The position numbers were made by a program, and so were the translations under genes. From Thermodesulfobacteriota bacterium (GTDB lineage Bacteria; Desulfobacterota; Desulfobulbia; Desulfobulbales; SURF-16): a DNA stretch of 64,000 nt. Positions 45,428 through 55,804 of this stretch are shown one piece after another; the first letter of the stretch is position 1, and the number at the start of each line of letters is the position of its first letter. The notes below the pieces were generated by a model. It saw only the letters and a list, made by a program, of their open reading frames with translations. It was not told where the DNA came from and made no database searches. The stretch spans positions 32,001-96,000 of the forward strand of contig JBFMAY010000006.1 of the NCBI GenBank assembly GCA_040755455.1, written 5' to 3'.

Positions 45428-47056
45428 CTAGCCGAGTATTGCCTTGAGATCCTCATCCGGGGTTGAAATGGGTTTGATGTTGAAATTTTTCACCAGCACA
45501 TCAAGCACGTTCGGCGTAATAAAGGCCGGCAGACTCGGCCCCAGACGGATATCCTGGATGCCCAGATAAAAGAGGGTCAGCAGGATGGCCACCGCCTTTT
45601 GCTCGTACCAGGAGAGAATCATGGAGAGTGGCAGATCATTGACGCCGCAGCCAAAGGCGCCGGCAAGGGCCACGGCTATCTGGATGGCGGAATAGGCGTC
45701 GTTGCACTGGCCCACATCAAGCAGCCGGGGAATGCCGCCAATATCGCCAAGCTGCATGTCAAAAAAGCGGAACTTGCCGCAGGCCAGGGTGAGCACCACG
45801 CAGTCTTTCGGGATTTTCTCGACGATTTCCGTATAGTAGTTGCGGCCCGGTTTGGCTCCGTCGCACCCGGCCACAAGAAAGAAATGCCTGATGGCCTTAC
45901 TTTTTACCGCGTCAATCACCTTGTCAGCCACGCCGAGCACTGCATTGCGGGCGAAGCCCACCATGACGCTGCCTTTATCGGTATCGGCCGGAAAGCCCTC
46001 CATGGCCAGGGCCTTTTCAATGGCTGGGCTGAAATCCTTGCCGGCAACGTGGGTGACCCCTGGCCAACCCACCAGGCCGGTGGTAAATATGTTGTCCTTG
46101 TAAGTATCTTTCGGCCTTTGGATGCAGTTGGTGGTCATGATGATGGCGCCGGGGAATTCGGCGAATTCCTTGGCCTGGTTCTGCCAGGCAGTGCCGTAGT
46201 GGCCGTAGAAGTGAGGGTATTTCTTCAGCCCGGGGTAGGCGTGGCAGGGCAGCATTTCTCCATGGGTGTAGACATGGATTCCCTTGCCTTCGGTCTGGGC
46301 GAGGATGGCGCCGAGATCCTTGAGATCATGGCCGGAGACAAGAATGGCCTTACCCTTTTTGGTGCCAAGGGGAACCGTGGTCGGCACCGGATGGCCGAAG
46401 GTGCCGGTGTTGCCGGCGTCGAGCAGCTCCATGGTGCGCAGGTTGATCTCGCCGCATTTCAAAACAAGACCGACCCACTGTTCCAGGCCGAGGTCGGTGC
46501 GCAGGATGGAGGTCAGGCCTTCTTCGATAAAGGCGTAGACCTTGTCGTCTTCCTGGCCGAGAATCCTGGCATGGTCGGCATAGGCTGCCACGCCCTTGAG
46601 GCCGAAGAGCAGAATGTGCTTGAGGGAGGTGATATCCGGGTTCTCCCCGCTCTCTGCCTTCAGGCCAACCGCCTCACCTTGCTTGACCATGCCGTCCAGA
46701 TCGCCCGCCGGCTTAAAATTCGCAGCAGGTTCGCTGAAAACGCTTTTGCCGCCGGCGGCCTTGATTTTTGCCTGCAGCTCTTCTCTCAGCTTGACGGCCT
46801 TGTTGATCAAGACAACAAACCGATCGGCATCGAAATTGACATTGGTCAGGGTGGAAAAGGTTGCTTCGCAGATAAAAAGTCCGGTATCCGGAGTTGAGAC
46901 CCCGCATTGGCGCGCCTCCCTGGCATACAGGGAAAGCCCCTGCACGGCATGAATGAGAAGATCCTGCAGGGCGGCGACATCGCCGGTCTTGCCGCAGACA
47001 CCGATTGCAGTACAGGCCTTGCCTTTGGCTGTTTGCTCACATTGATAACAAAACAT
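45428..47056 (-). CDS. hcp: Hybrid cluster protein (hydroxylamine reductase)
   Basis: MFCYQCEQT..C..GVCGK, SGHDL, YTHGEMLP, TTNC, GCDG, LACGK, GQCNDAY, SWYEQKA. Confidence 0.98.
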   Translation of the reverse strand: MFCYQCEQTAKGKACTAIGVCGKTGDVAALQDLLIHAVQGLSLYAREARQCGVSTPDTGLFICEATFSTLTNVNFDADRFVVLINKAVKLREELQAKIKAAGGKSVFSEPAANFKPAGDLDGMVKQGEAVGLKAESGENPDITSLKHILLFGLKGVAAYADHARILGQEDDKVYAFIEEGLTSILRTDLGLEQWVGLVLKCGEINLRTMELLDAGNTGTFGHPVPTTVPLGTKKGKAILVSGHDLKDLGAILAQTEGKGIHVYTHGEMLPCHAYPGLKKYPHFYGHYGTAWQNQAKEFAEFPGAIIMTTNCIQRPKDTYKDNIFTTGLVGWPGVTHVAGKDFSPAIEKALAMEGFPADTDKGSVMVGFARNAVLGVADKVIDAVKSKAIRHFFLVAGCDGAKPGRNYYTEIVEKIPKDCVVLTLACGKFRFFDMQLGDIGGIPRLLDVGQCNDAYSAIQIAVALAGAFGCGVNDLPLSMILSWYEQKAVAILLTLFYLGIQDIRLGPSLPAFITPNVLDVLVKNFNIKPISTPDEDLKAILG

Positions 47057-47135
47057 GATATTCCTCCTAAGTTGAATAGTGTTTATTTGGCTGCTTTGAT
47101 TTTAAGAAGATCATAACAAAGGCAGCAGGAAGCAT

Positions 47136-47153
47136 CCTTGACTTAGGTCAAGG
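47136..47153. promoter_or_regulatory. HcpR (Crp/Fnr-family) operator upstream of hcp
   Basis: CCTTGAC-TTAG-GTCAAGG, 80 nt upstream of the hcp ATG. Confidence 0.78.
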
Positions 47154-47811
47154 GGGAATTTTTTTTTAAAACCATTGTGTGCCGGGCAAATGATGAATCT
47201 GCTACGATGCTGGAATTTTGATATAAAACCGTGAAAAATGTTATGGCGTATTTTGTGCTGGCTTTGCCTGTGTCGTTAGCGATTCCAGGGGGGAGCGCCT
47301 GAGAAGCGGATGAGCCATTTATGGCCCCGGTTCAACAGGTTGAGGGGTCTTCTGGAGGCAGTCCCGCTTCAGAAGGGGTGCGCTCCAGAGAATAATTCGC
47401 TATGCAGCGCGACGTAATGCAACATTGCCGCCGGTCAATCCTTGCGCCTGGTGAAAATTTGTTGAAGGCTGAGCGCAAGCATCTCCCCCATTATTTTTAT
47501 GTTTTGCAACGAAGTACGTAATCGGGAACAAGCGGGGCAAGGCAGCAGATGCATCTCCAGCGTAGTTTCAGAGCCAACTGTTTGTCAAATGGTTTCTGCA
47601 GCAAGTCAGAGGAAAAATGACAATCATAATATATAATTTATAATGACAATCGCAATGTATAATTTCTACTGGTTAAATTTTATAATTTTAGCTTGCCTGC
47701 TCTTCCGCCTATCTATTACAGTCCTGTTGCAATATGGCAATATGCACTTGCCAGCCGATATTTTTGTCATTGTGTAACTGCATAACCTAATTCAAAAAAA
47801 GGGAGAGGAAC

Positions 47812-48327
47812 ATGAAAGAAGGGAAAGCATGGAGTCCATACCTGGGTGGAGCACTGACAGGGGTGCTCGGGGTCGCATCGGTGGTGCTGACGGATAAATT
47901 TCTCGGGGCATCCACATCATTTGCCCGCTCGGCCGGCATGGTTGAACAAATTTTTTTACCAAAGCATGTGGCGGCGCTTGACTATTTTGTCAAATTCACA
48001 CCGAAAATCGACTGGCAGTGGATGTTTCTCGCGGGAATTCTCTTCGGTTCCTTTTTCTCGGCCATTTCCTCCCACAGTTTCCGGATCCAGAATCCTCCTG
48101 ACATGTGGGTCAGCCGTTTCGGTCCCTCAAAGGAGAAACGGGCCATCTTTGCCTTTGTCGGCGGCTGCATTGCCCTGTTCGGCGCGCGTCTGGCCGACGG
48201 CTGCCCGAGCGGCCACGGCCTGAGCGGTCTCATGCAGCTTTCGGTGAGCGGCTTCATCGCTCTGGCCTGCTTTTTTCTCGGCGGAATGCCCGTCGCCCGT
48301 CTGCTTTACAGGGGAGGGGGAAAATAA
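47812..48327 (+). CDS. YeeE/YedE sulfur-compound transporter family, first half
   Basis: WSPYLGG, LGAST, FGARLADGCPSGHGLSG. Confidence 0.88.
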   Translation: MKEGKAWSPYLGGALTGVLGVASVVLTDKFLGASTSFARSAGMVEQIFLPKHVAALDYFVKFTPKIDWQWMFLAGILFGSFFSAISSHSFRIQNPPDMWVSRFGPSKEKRAIFAFVGGCIALFGARLADGCPSGHGLSGLMQLSVSGFIALACFFLGGMPVARLLYRGGGK

Positions 48328-48854
48328 TGGATCTCTTCTACGGACTTTTTACCGGCATCATCTTCGGTTTTCTGCTGCAGCGGGGCAGGGTTCTCCGGTA
48401 CGATAAGCAGCTCGGCGCCTTGCGGCTGCAGGACATGACCATTATCAAATTCATGCTCAGCGCCGTTCTGGTGGGCATGGTCGGCATCTACCTGTTCCAT
48501 GACCTGGGCATGATCAGCAAGATGGACATCAAGACCACCAGCATAGGCGGCAACGCCATCGGCGGCCTGATTTTCGGCGTCGGCTGGGCACTGCTGGGCT
48601 ACTGCCCAGGCACGCAGATCGGCGCCATCGGTGAGGGGAGATGGGATGCGATCTGGGGGCTGCTGGGCATGCTGGCCGGCGGGGTGATTTACGCCGAGGC
48701 CTACCCGTTCCTGAAAAAAACCGTACTGACCTGGGGCGACTTCGGCAAAATCACCCTGCCGCAAGCCTTGGGCATCAATCACTGGTTTGTTATCCCTCTT
48801 TTTGTGGTAGGAGGCCTGTTGTTCTTCAGTTTTTTGGAGAGAAAGAAGCTGTAA
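48327..48854 (+). CDS. YeeE/YedE family protein, second half
   Basis: GIIFGFLLQRG, GGLIFGVGWALLGYCPGT; TAATG coupling with the upstream gene. Confidence 0.88.
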   Translation: MDLFYGLFTGIIFGFLLQRGRVLRYDKQLGALRLQDMTIIKFMLSAVLVGMVGIYLFHDLGMISKMDIKTTSIGGNAIGGLIFGVGWALLGYCPGTQIGAIGEGRWDAIWGLLGMLAGGVIYAEAYPFLKKTVLTWGDFGKITLPQALGINHWFVIPLFVVGGLLFFSFLERKKL

Positions 48855-48885
48855 TCCGCGGGAGAAAAATTTTCCGGCGCAGCTG

Positions 48886-49368
48886 CTAATAAATAATTTT
48901 GTTGTCAAGCTTGGCCCACTGTTGGAAGACAGCCAAGGCCTCGGCCCGCATCCCTTGCTCCATGGGCATCTTTCTGCTATCATGCTGTCGCAGGAGTTCA
49001 CTGTAGAGAAAGTCATCGGCAAAACCCAGGTCCGCCGCATCCTTTCGGTGGGCGGCGAAATAGATCTTGTCGATACCGGCCCAGTAAAGGGCGGAGAGGC
49101 ACATGGGGCAGGGTTCACAGTTAACGTATATCATGCAGCCGGCAAGGTTGTAATTGTTTAATCTGCGGCAGGCCTTGCGGATGGCCACCATCTCGGCATG
49201 GCAGGTGGGGTCGTTTTTTTTCAGAACCTGATTCCAGCCCCGGGCGATTATCTTCCCGTCGCGGACGATGACCGCTCCGAAAGGGCCACCTTCCCCCTGC
49301 CAGGATTTTTCCCTGGAAAGTCTGATTGCCTCATGCATGAAGTCCTGATTCACGGTGGTTCCTCCCAT
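48886..49368 (-). CDS. Nucleoside/guanine deaminase (CDA superfamily)
   Basis: GGPFGAVIV, DPTCHAE, CEPCPMC, GFADDFLY. Confidence 0.88.
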   Translation of the reverse strand: MGGTTVNQDFMHEAIRLSREKSWQGEGGPFGAVIVRDGKIIARGWNQVLKKNDPTCHAEMVAIRKACRRLNNYNLAGCMIYVNCEPCPMCLSALYWAGIDKIYFAAHRKDAADLGFADDFLYSELLRQHDSRKMPMEQGMRAEALAVFQQWAKLDNKIIY

Positions 49369-49595
49369 ATTTAAGGATGCGCGGGTGAAGCGGGGTTGTC
49401 TGTTCCAGACGGTGTGCTGAAGGTTGCGGCCGCGCAGCCCTCTTTTTTATTTTCCTGATAAAATATACAGCGATTGAGGATTGCGTAACAGGGAAATCTC
49501 GCGTACCTTGTTGTCGATATTTTTTTCGGGAATATTTTGGGCAGAGCAGGCTTGTCCTGCTGGCGCAATGGAAAACTATCAAGAGATAAACGGTA

Positions 49596-50192
49596 TTGAA
49601 TTATTTGTTTGTCATCATCTCCTATCTGGTCGGTTCCATCCCGTTTGGCCTCCTGCTTGGCAAATTGGCCGGCATCGATGTGCGCCGGGACGGCAGCGGC
49701 AATATCGGCGCAACAAATGTCAGCCGGCTGCTGGGTAAAAAAGTCGGCGCCGTGACCCTGCTGCTGGATGCGGCCAAAGGACTGCTGCCCATGGTTGCGG
49801 CCGGGGTACTGGGATGTGAACAGGAAATCGTCATGCTCTGCGGCGCCGCCGCCTTCATCGGTCACCTGTTTCCGCTCTATCTGGGGTTTCGCGGCGGCAA
49901 AGGGGTGGCTACTGCCCTGGGAATATTTCTGTATCTTTCCCCTTTGGCCCTACTTATCTGCGCTGCTGCCTTCTTTGTCGCCGTATATCTGTCGGGATTT
50001 GTTTCGCTGGGATCGCTCATTGCTGCAGGTCTGATGCCTGCTGTGGTTTTTTTGCAGCAGGGAAGCGGCAACTGTTTTTATCTGGCCATTTTTATCAGTC
50101 TGTTCATCTGGATCAAACACAGGAGCAACATTGTCCGGCTGCTGCATGGTGAGGAAAAGAGCTGGAAGAAGAAAAAAGAGGCTGCCGCATGA
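49596..50192 (+). CDS. plsY: Glycerol-3-phosphate acyltransferase PlsY
   Basis: GSIPFG, GSGNIGATN, GHLFP..FRGGKGVAT, KHRSNIVRL. Confidence 0.96.
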   Translation: MNYLFVIISYLVGSIPFGLLLGKLAGIDVRRDGSGNIGATNVSRLLGKKVGAVTLLLDAAKGLLPMVAAGVLGCEQEIVMLCGAAAFIGHLFPLYLGFRGGKGVATALGIFLYLSPLALLICAAAFFVAVYLSGFVSLGSLIAAGLMPAVVFLQQGSGNCFYLAIFISLFIWIKHRSNIVRLLHGEEKSWKKKKEAAA

Positions 50193-50512
50193 CCAAGAAA
50201 GACTGGGAAAAAATTGTGGCAGCCAGGGATCTGCTCGGCCTTGAAGAAAAGGCAACCTTTGCGGATATAAAGAAGGCCTACCGCAGGATGGCAAAAGAAC
50301 ACCACCCTGACCTGGCGGGCAGTCGGGAGGGCGGAGAACTACGTCCGGTGGCGATGCATGAAATTACCGCCGCCTACCAGGTGCTGCTGGCCTATTGCCA
50401 GCATTACCGCTTCCCCCTGGTGATGCAGCAGGACGCCCTGGACCCTGAAGACTGGTGGCTGGATCGTTTCGGCCAGGACCCTTTATGGGGGAAGCGGGAC
50501 AATGACACCTAA
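50189..50512 (+). CDS. Small J-domain protein
   Basis: IKKAYRRMAKEHHPD. Confidence 0.88.
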   Translation: MTKKDWEKIVAARDLLGLEEKATFADIKKAYRRMAKEHHPDLAGSREGGELRPVAMHEITAAYQVLLAYCQHYRFPLVMQQDALDPEDWWLDRFGQDPLWGKRDNDT

Positions 50513-50515
50513 GCG

Positions 50516-52399
50516 TTAGTTCAGGTACTTCTCATTAATCGTTATCTTGCCGCTTTTGGTGAGATAATCGATCCAGGCATCCATGACTTCCTTTTGTTTT
50601 TCCATTGCCAGCCGTGCCGCAAAAGCTTTTCTGGCCTGCTCGTCGTTGTCTCCGGCGTCTATCTTGTCCTTAAAACGGCAGATATAAAAAGCGTTGTCTG
50701 CGGCAATGACCGTTGCTGGATAGGGTGCCCCGGCCCCCAGCGTCAAGCCCGCCGTAATGAGCTCTTGCGGCAGATCCTTGCTTGTTTTTTTGGTGCGGGA
50801 AAAATAGCCTGAAACGTGGACCGTCAATCCCTTTTCCTGGATTTTCTGCAGGAAATCAACATCTTTTCCATCGCGGATGGTGGCAAAGGTTTCTTCAGCA
50901 TCCTTTTGGCACAGCGTTCGCGCCTCAGCCTCGACAAAGTCTTTTTTCACTTGCTGCTGCACTTCTGCCAGGGCTGGAATCGCCGGTTCTTTCCTGTCTT
51001 CAACAAATAAAACGCTGTAGCCCTCCGGGCTGTCGATAATGGAGCTGAGTTCCCCTTTTTTTAGGGAGAATGCCGTGTCAATAACCGCAGAATTGCTGGC
51101 AAGGGAGGAGGGGGGGGCAGTCTGCGGGAAGAAGTCCGTTTCCGCCAGGGGCACTTTAAAATTTTCCGCATATTTTGCCAGACTGCCGGCAAAAATAATT
51201 TTTTCGTAGGCCTCATTAGCCTTTTCAAAGGCGTTGTTTAATGCCTGCTGTTTTTTCAATTTGTTTTCAATGGCGCTTTTCACCCCGGCCAGGGGGGTGA
51301 TGTTGGCCGGCTGAATATCTTCAAGGGAAATGATGTGCAAGCCGAACGGCGTCTCAACGATGTCGCTGACGCCGCCTTTCGACAGGCTGAAAACGGCATC
51401 TTCAAAGGGTTGCACCATCTGGCCGCGGCTAAAAAAACCGAGATCCCCGCCCTGGGCCGCGGAACCATCTTCGGAAAATTGCCGGGCAAGGGCGGAGAAG
51501 TCTTCTCCTGCTTTGGCCCTAGCCAGGATTTTTTCCATTTCCGCGCGGCGTGTCTGTTTGTCCTGCTCGGTTGTTTTCAGCAGGATATGGCGGGCGCGCC
51601 GTTTCTCCAGCTGACCGAATTCTTCCTGATGGCTGGTATAGTACTGTTCGATCTCTTCCGCCGGAACAGTGACTTTGTCCATTTCGTCCTTGAGCATAAA
51701 GGAGAGGAATTTGATTTTCACCTGGGGCGGGGTCATGTATTTTTCTTTATTTTTATCAAAATATTGAGCTAATAGCTCGTCAGAAACATTAACCTTGCCG
51801 GTGTAATGTTCCGGTTTAAAGACGGCATAATCAAGCCGGGTTTCACTGTTGTCAAAGCGGAAGCGGTCATCCAGCTCTTTTGGGGTGACCCGGGCGAATT
51901 CAGCAAGGCTGGCCCCAACCTTGCTGAGCAGCAGATCGCTTTGCAGACCTGCTTCAAATTTTGTCGGGGTCAGGCGGGATCCTTTCAGTACCTCCCGGTA
52001 GCGGGTCGCATCAAAAACGCCGTTGTTCTGGAAGACGGTCATCTCTTTAATGGCGTTCTGTATTTCATTATTGCTGACATAAAGGCCCATCTCTTTGCCG
52101 CCCTGCAGCAGCAGAGATTTCTGGATCAGTTCATGGACCACCTGTTTTTTGAGGTTGAATGACTCAATGAAACCTTTGGGCAGGTTGCCGCCGAACTGGT
52201 TGCGGTAATTATCCATGGTGCGCTGAAAGGCCTGGTCAAATTCCTGCAGGGTAATGGATTCTCCGTTGACGGTGGCCACTGCATTCAGGGCGCCGCTGTT
52301 TTGGCCGCCAACTCCCCAGAAGATAAAAACAACGATGATGACAAGCACGGTAGCCTGCAGATAGGGTGACTGTGCTTTCCGGCGTAAAAGGTCAAGCAT
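50516..52399 (-). CDS. ppiD: PpiD-like SurA/parvulin chaperone
   Basis: N-terminal [52 protein letters not shown]. Confidence 0.88.
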   Translation of the reverse strand: MLDLLRRKAQSPYLQATVLVIIVVFIFWGVGGQNSGALNAVATVNGESITLQEFDQAFQRTMDNYRNQFGGNLPKGFIESFNLKKQVVHELIQKSLLLQGGKEMGLYVSNNEIQNAIKEMTVFQNNGVFDATRYREVLKGSRLTPTKFEAGLQSDLLLSKVGASLAEFARVTPKELDDRFRFDNSETRLDYAVFKPEHYTGKVNVSDELLAQYFDKNKEKYMTPPQVKIKFLSFMLKDEMDKVTVPAEEIEQYYTSHQEEFGQLEKRRARHILLKTTEQDKQTRRAEMEKILARAKAGEDFSALARQFSEDGSAAQGGDLGFFSRGQMVQPFEDAVFSLSKGGVSDIVETPFGLHIISLEDIQPANITPLAGVKSAIENKLKKQQALNNAFEKANEAYEKIIFAGSLAKYAENFKVPLAETDFFPQTAPPSSLASNSAVIDTAFSLKKGELSSIIDSPEGYSVLFVEDRKEPAIPALAEVQQQVKKDFVEAEARTLCQKDAEETFATIRDGKDVDFLQKIQEKGLTVHVSGYFSRTKKTSKDLPQELITAGLTLGAGAPYPATVIAADNAFYICRFKDKIDAGDNDEQARKAFAARLAMEKQKEVMDAWIDYLTKSGKITINEKYLN

Positions 52400-52530
52400 G
52401 GATACGGCTCCTTCTCTCGAAAGGTGTTAAGTATAAGAAAGCTATGCGCTGCTTCGGCGGTGCCGGAGCGTCTAGGGGGCATTGATTGCCAATCCCCACT
52501 AAATTACCCATTAGCGCCAGCAAATGTCAA

Positions 52531-55212
52531 TTATTTCGTTGCCGCCAGATTCGGCCCCCAGGAAAGATTCACCACCAGTGGCACGGCAAGCTGCATGACG
52601 GTTTCCATGGCCTCCTGCACCAGCTTGGCGGCTGTTTCCAGTTCATCCATGGGCACTTCAAAAATAAGTTCATCATGAATCTGCAGCAGCAGCTCGCTCT
52701 GCAGCGACCGCTCCCGCAGCAGACGGTCAGCCCGAATGGTGGCGAGTTTGATGATATCCGCCGCTGTCCCCTGAATCGGGCTGTTCAGGGCCGCCCGTTC
52801 GGCGAATTCCCTAACGGTCTTGTTGCTGCTTTGTATGTCAGGAAGAATCCGGCGGCGATGCAACAGGGTGGTGACAAAGCCATCCCGTCTGGCCTGTTCG
52901 ATAATTTCCTCCATAAACCTTTTCACGCCCCGGTAAAGATCGAAATAGCGGCTGATAAAGGTCTGGGCCTCCTTGCGGCTGATGTTGAGCTGACCAGCCA
53001 GGCCGAAGGCGCTCATGCCGTATACGATGCCGAAGTTGATGCTTTTGGCCACCCGCCGCATCTGGGGAGTGATGAGGGAGGGGTGGACACGGAAAATCTC
53101 TGCCGCCGTCTGGCTGTGGACATCTTTGCCTGCGACAAATGCCTCAACCAGTGCCTCGTCCCGGGAGTAATGGGCCAGCACCCTGAGGTCGATCTGGGAG
53201 TAGTCAGCCGCAAGCAGCGTATGGTTTGGGGCGGCGATGAAGGCCTCGCGGATTCGCTGCCCTTCCTTGGTGCGGATGGGAATGTTCTGCAGGTTCGGAT
53301 TGCTGCTGCTCAGCCGGCCAGTGGCGGTAACCGTCTGGTTAAACGAGGTGTGCACCCGGCCTGTTCGCGGATGGATCAGGCTGGCCAGTTTATCGATATA
53401 GGTGGATTTCAGTTTGCTGATGGTGCGGTGTTCAAGCAGCGCCGCCGGCAGTTCATGGTAGGCGGAGAGTTTTTCCAGCACCTTGACATCGGTGGAATAG
53501 CCGGTCTTGGTCTTGCGGCCCATCGGCAGCTTGAGTTTTTCAAAGAGAATGCTGCCCAGCTGTTTCGGGGAATTGATGTTGAACTCTTCGCCGGCCAGTA
53601 AAAAAATGCGGTCGGAGAGCGTGGCCAGCTGGTCGGCAAATTCTTCCGACAGGGCGGCGAGCATGTCGGGATTTACCAGGATGCCGATCTCCTCCATCCT
53701 GGCCAGCAGGGGCACCAGCGGCATTTCCAGCTCGACAAAAAGGGTCCACAGCTCCAGTTCCTGCAAACGCGGTTCGAAAAGCTGCCAGAGCTGCAAAGTG
53801 GAGGAGGCATCCTCGCAGGAGTAATTGTTGGCTGCCTGGGGAGTGACAAACCGGAATGCATCCGGCCGTTTGTCGTCTGCCGTCACCTGGGCAAAGGAGG
53901 TCATGCTGATATTGAGATGTTCCACCGCCAGATCATCAAGTTTATGGCTACGGCGGGTGGGGTCGAGCAGATACGAGGCGATCATGGTATCCCGCAGCGG
54001 CCCCTGGAGCCGCACCCCGTGCTGTTTAAGCACCTGGAGGTCATATTTGAGGTTATGGCCGATTTTGGTCAACTGCTGGTCGGCGAGCAAGGGGCGCAGG
54101 CAGGAGAAAACCTCTTCCAGGCTAAGCTGGCCGGGCAGGCGATGGCCGTTATTATCCTGGTGGCCGATGGGGACATACCAGGCCTTTGTGCCGTCTGCGC
54201 AGAGAGAGATGCCCACCAGTTCGGCGGTAAGCGGGTCAAGGGAGGTTGTTTCGGTGTCGATGGCCAGCTCAGGGGCCATGGCCAGCATGCGACAGATGTC
54301 CTGCAGCTGCTGCAGGGTCTGCACCAGGATAAATCCCTGTGTATCCATGGGCGCGGTCGGCGTCTGGTTTTTCAGCAGCCTGGCGAACTCAAGCTCGCGG
54401 TACAGGGCCTGCAGAGTTTGCTGGTCTGGTTGCGGCAGCCGGTATTCTTCAATGTTTTTCGGCACGGCCAGTTCACTTTGCAGGGCGATCAGTTTTTTTG
54501 ACAGCAATGCCTGGTCGTGAAAGGTGACGAGTTTTTCCTTGAGCTTTTTCTGGGAGAGCCGGTCGATGTCTTGATAAAGACCGTCCAGACTGCCGAAATC
54601 GTTGATGAGTTTCTCTGCCGTTTTCGGGCCCACGCCGGGCACCCCCGGCACATTATCGGAGCTGTCCCCGATCAGGGCAAAGAGATCGTTGAGTTTTTCC
54701 GGGCCGACGTTGTATCTGGCGATAACCGCTTCCCTGTCCATCACTCTGTCGGACATGGGGTCCCAGACCACGATGCCTGGTCCGACGAGCTGGAGAAGAT
54801 CCTTGTCGCCGGAAACAATGATGACACGGTGGCCGTTTGCCGCAAGCCACAATGCCGCAGAGGCGATCAGGTCGTCCGCCTCAAAACCTTCCATTTCAAG
54901 GCCGCGGATATGAAAGGCCCTGGCGATTTTTCTGATATAAGGAATCTGGCAGACAAGGTCTTCAGGCATGGGCGGCCGGTTCGCCTTGTAAGCCTCATAG
55001 ATTGCATGCCGGAAGGTCGGCCCCTTGAGGTCAAAGGCCATTGCCATATAGGTGGGATTTTTTTCGCGCATGACCCGGAGCAGGATGTTGGTGAATCCGT
55101 AAATTGCATGGGTCGGCAGCCCCTTGCTGTTTGACAGGGGGGCGATGGCGTGATAGGCCCGGTAAATGTAGGCGCTGCCGTCAACAAGGTAAACGGGGTC
55201 TTGATTTTTCAT
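52531..55212 (-). CDS. polA: DNA polymerase I
   Basis: LVDGSAYIYRAYHA, DTETT, TGRLSSSNPNLQNIP, DYSQIDLR, KSINFGIVYG, QIHDEL. Confidence 0.98.
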   Translation of the reverse strand: MKNQDPVYLVDGSAYIYRAYHAIAPLSNSKGLPTHAIYGFTNILLRVMREKNPTYMAMAFDLKGPTFRHAIYEAYKANRPPMPEDLVCQIPYIRKIARAFHIRGLEMEGFEADDLIASAALWLAANGHRVIIVSGDKDLLQLVGPGIVVWDPMSDRVMDREAVIARYNVGPEKLNDLFALIGDSSDNVPGVPGVGPKTAEKLINDFGSLDGLYQDIDRLSQKKLKEKLVTFHDQALLSKKLIALQSELAVPKNIEEYRLPQPDQQTLQALYRELEFARLLKNQTPTAPMDTQGFILVQTLQQLQDICRMLAMAPELAIDTETTSLDPLTAELVGISLCADGTKAWYVPIGHQDNNGHRLPGQLSLEEVFSCLRPLLADQQLTKIGHNLKYDLQVLKQHGVRLQGPLRDTMIASYLLDPTRRSHKLDDLAVEHLNISMTSFAQVTADDKRPDAFRFVTPQAANNYSCEDASSTLQLWQLFEPRLQELELWTLFVELEMPLVPLLARMEEIGILVNPDMLAALSEEFADQLATLSDRIFLLAGEEFNINSPKQLGSILFEKLKLPMGRKTKTGYSTDVKVLEKLSAYHELPAALLEHRTISKLKSTYIDKLASLIHPRTGRVHTSFNQTVTATGRLSSSNPNLQNIPIRTKEGQRIREAFIAAPNHTLLAADYSQIDLRVLAHYSRDEALVEAFVAGKDVHSQTAAEIFRVHPSLITPQMRRVAKSINFGIVYGMSAFGLAGQLNISRKEAQTFISRYFDLYRGVKRFMEEIIEQARRDGFVTTLLHRRRILPDIQSSNKTVREFAERAALNSPIQGTAADIIKLATIRADRLLRERSLQSELLLQIHDELIFEVPMDELETAAKLVQEAMETVMQLAVPLVVNLSWGPNLAATK

Positions 55213-55285
55213 GGCCGCCACTCTAACAGGCAGGCATTTTTTTGGCAATAAATTGGCAATAAAAGAGAGGGCGTACACTTTTTTT

Positions 55286-55312
55286 TTAAGTTTGTGAAAA
55301 GAAAGTCGATAT
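55286..55312 (+). promoter_or_regulatory. Sigma28 (FliA) promoter of flgM
   Basis: TTAAGTTT-N11-GTCGATAT versus consensus TAAAGTTT-N11-GCCGATAA. Confidence 0.72.
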
Positions 55313-55397
55313 GGTAATTAGAGGCAAGTGTGGAATTGATGAGAACAAGCTGTGAAATCCCTATTAACAAGGGCTTAAAGGTAAACAGGAGCTGGTC

Positions 55398-55706
55398 ATG
55401 AAGTTAACGGATGCCATTTCCCAGATCAGGACAGATAATAAGGTTGAGGTAAAAAAAACCCGCAAGCTGGAAGGTGGTCCCGACACCACCAGTCCTTCAG
55501 CGGCGGATACTGTTGATTTTTCCAGCAGTTCCCGGGATGTGCAGAAAATGAAAGAGATACTGGATCAGACCCCGGCGATGCGCATGGAAATGATAGAGTC
55601 CTTGAAGAAACAGATTGATGAGGGGACTTATCAGGTTGATGCCCGTGATATTGCGGATAAGATGATGGATGATCTTCTTACTGAAAATCAACTCCTGCAC
55701 GAATAA
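55398..55706 (+). CDS. flgM: Anti-sigma28 factor FlgM
   Basis: DTVDFS..RMEMIESLKKQIDEGTYQVDARDIADKM. Confidence 0.92.
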   Translation: MKLTDAISQIRTDNKVEVKKTRKLEGGPDTTSPSAADTVDFSSSSRDVQKMKEILDQTPAMRMEMIESLKKQIDEGTYQVDARDIADKMMDDLLTENQLLHE

Positions 55707-55737
55707 GCTTCCTCCCTCCTGCAAAGGGTGATTTGAT

Positions 55738-55767
55738 AAAAAGCCGGCCGCATGGCCGGCTTTTTTT
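55738..55767. terminator. Terminator between convergent flgM and fliW
   Basis: AAAAAGCCGGCC-GCAT-GGCCGGCTTTTTT. Confidence 0.82.
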
Positions 55768-55804
55768 GTGCCCTTTCTGCGGAAATCCCCTATCATAACG
55801 GTGC

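Noticed and set aside
45599..46897. 432-aa ORF antisense to hcp (similar cases opposite polA, gatB and others)
   Set aside because: These are shadow ORFs typical of GC-rich coding sequence.
45397..47139. 13-bp direct repeat AGGAAGCATCCTT on both sides of hcp (45397, 47127)
   Set aside because: Tens of chance 13-mer pairs are expected in 64 kb; one copy lies in a terminator hairpin and there is no mobility gene.
47285..47390. Glycine or TPP riboswitch
   Set aside because: Only fragments match (CTCTGGAG..CTCAGG on minus; GGGG..CTGAGA on plus); the remaining conserved cores are absent.
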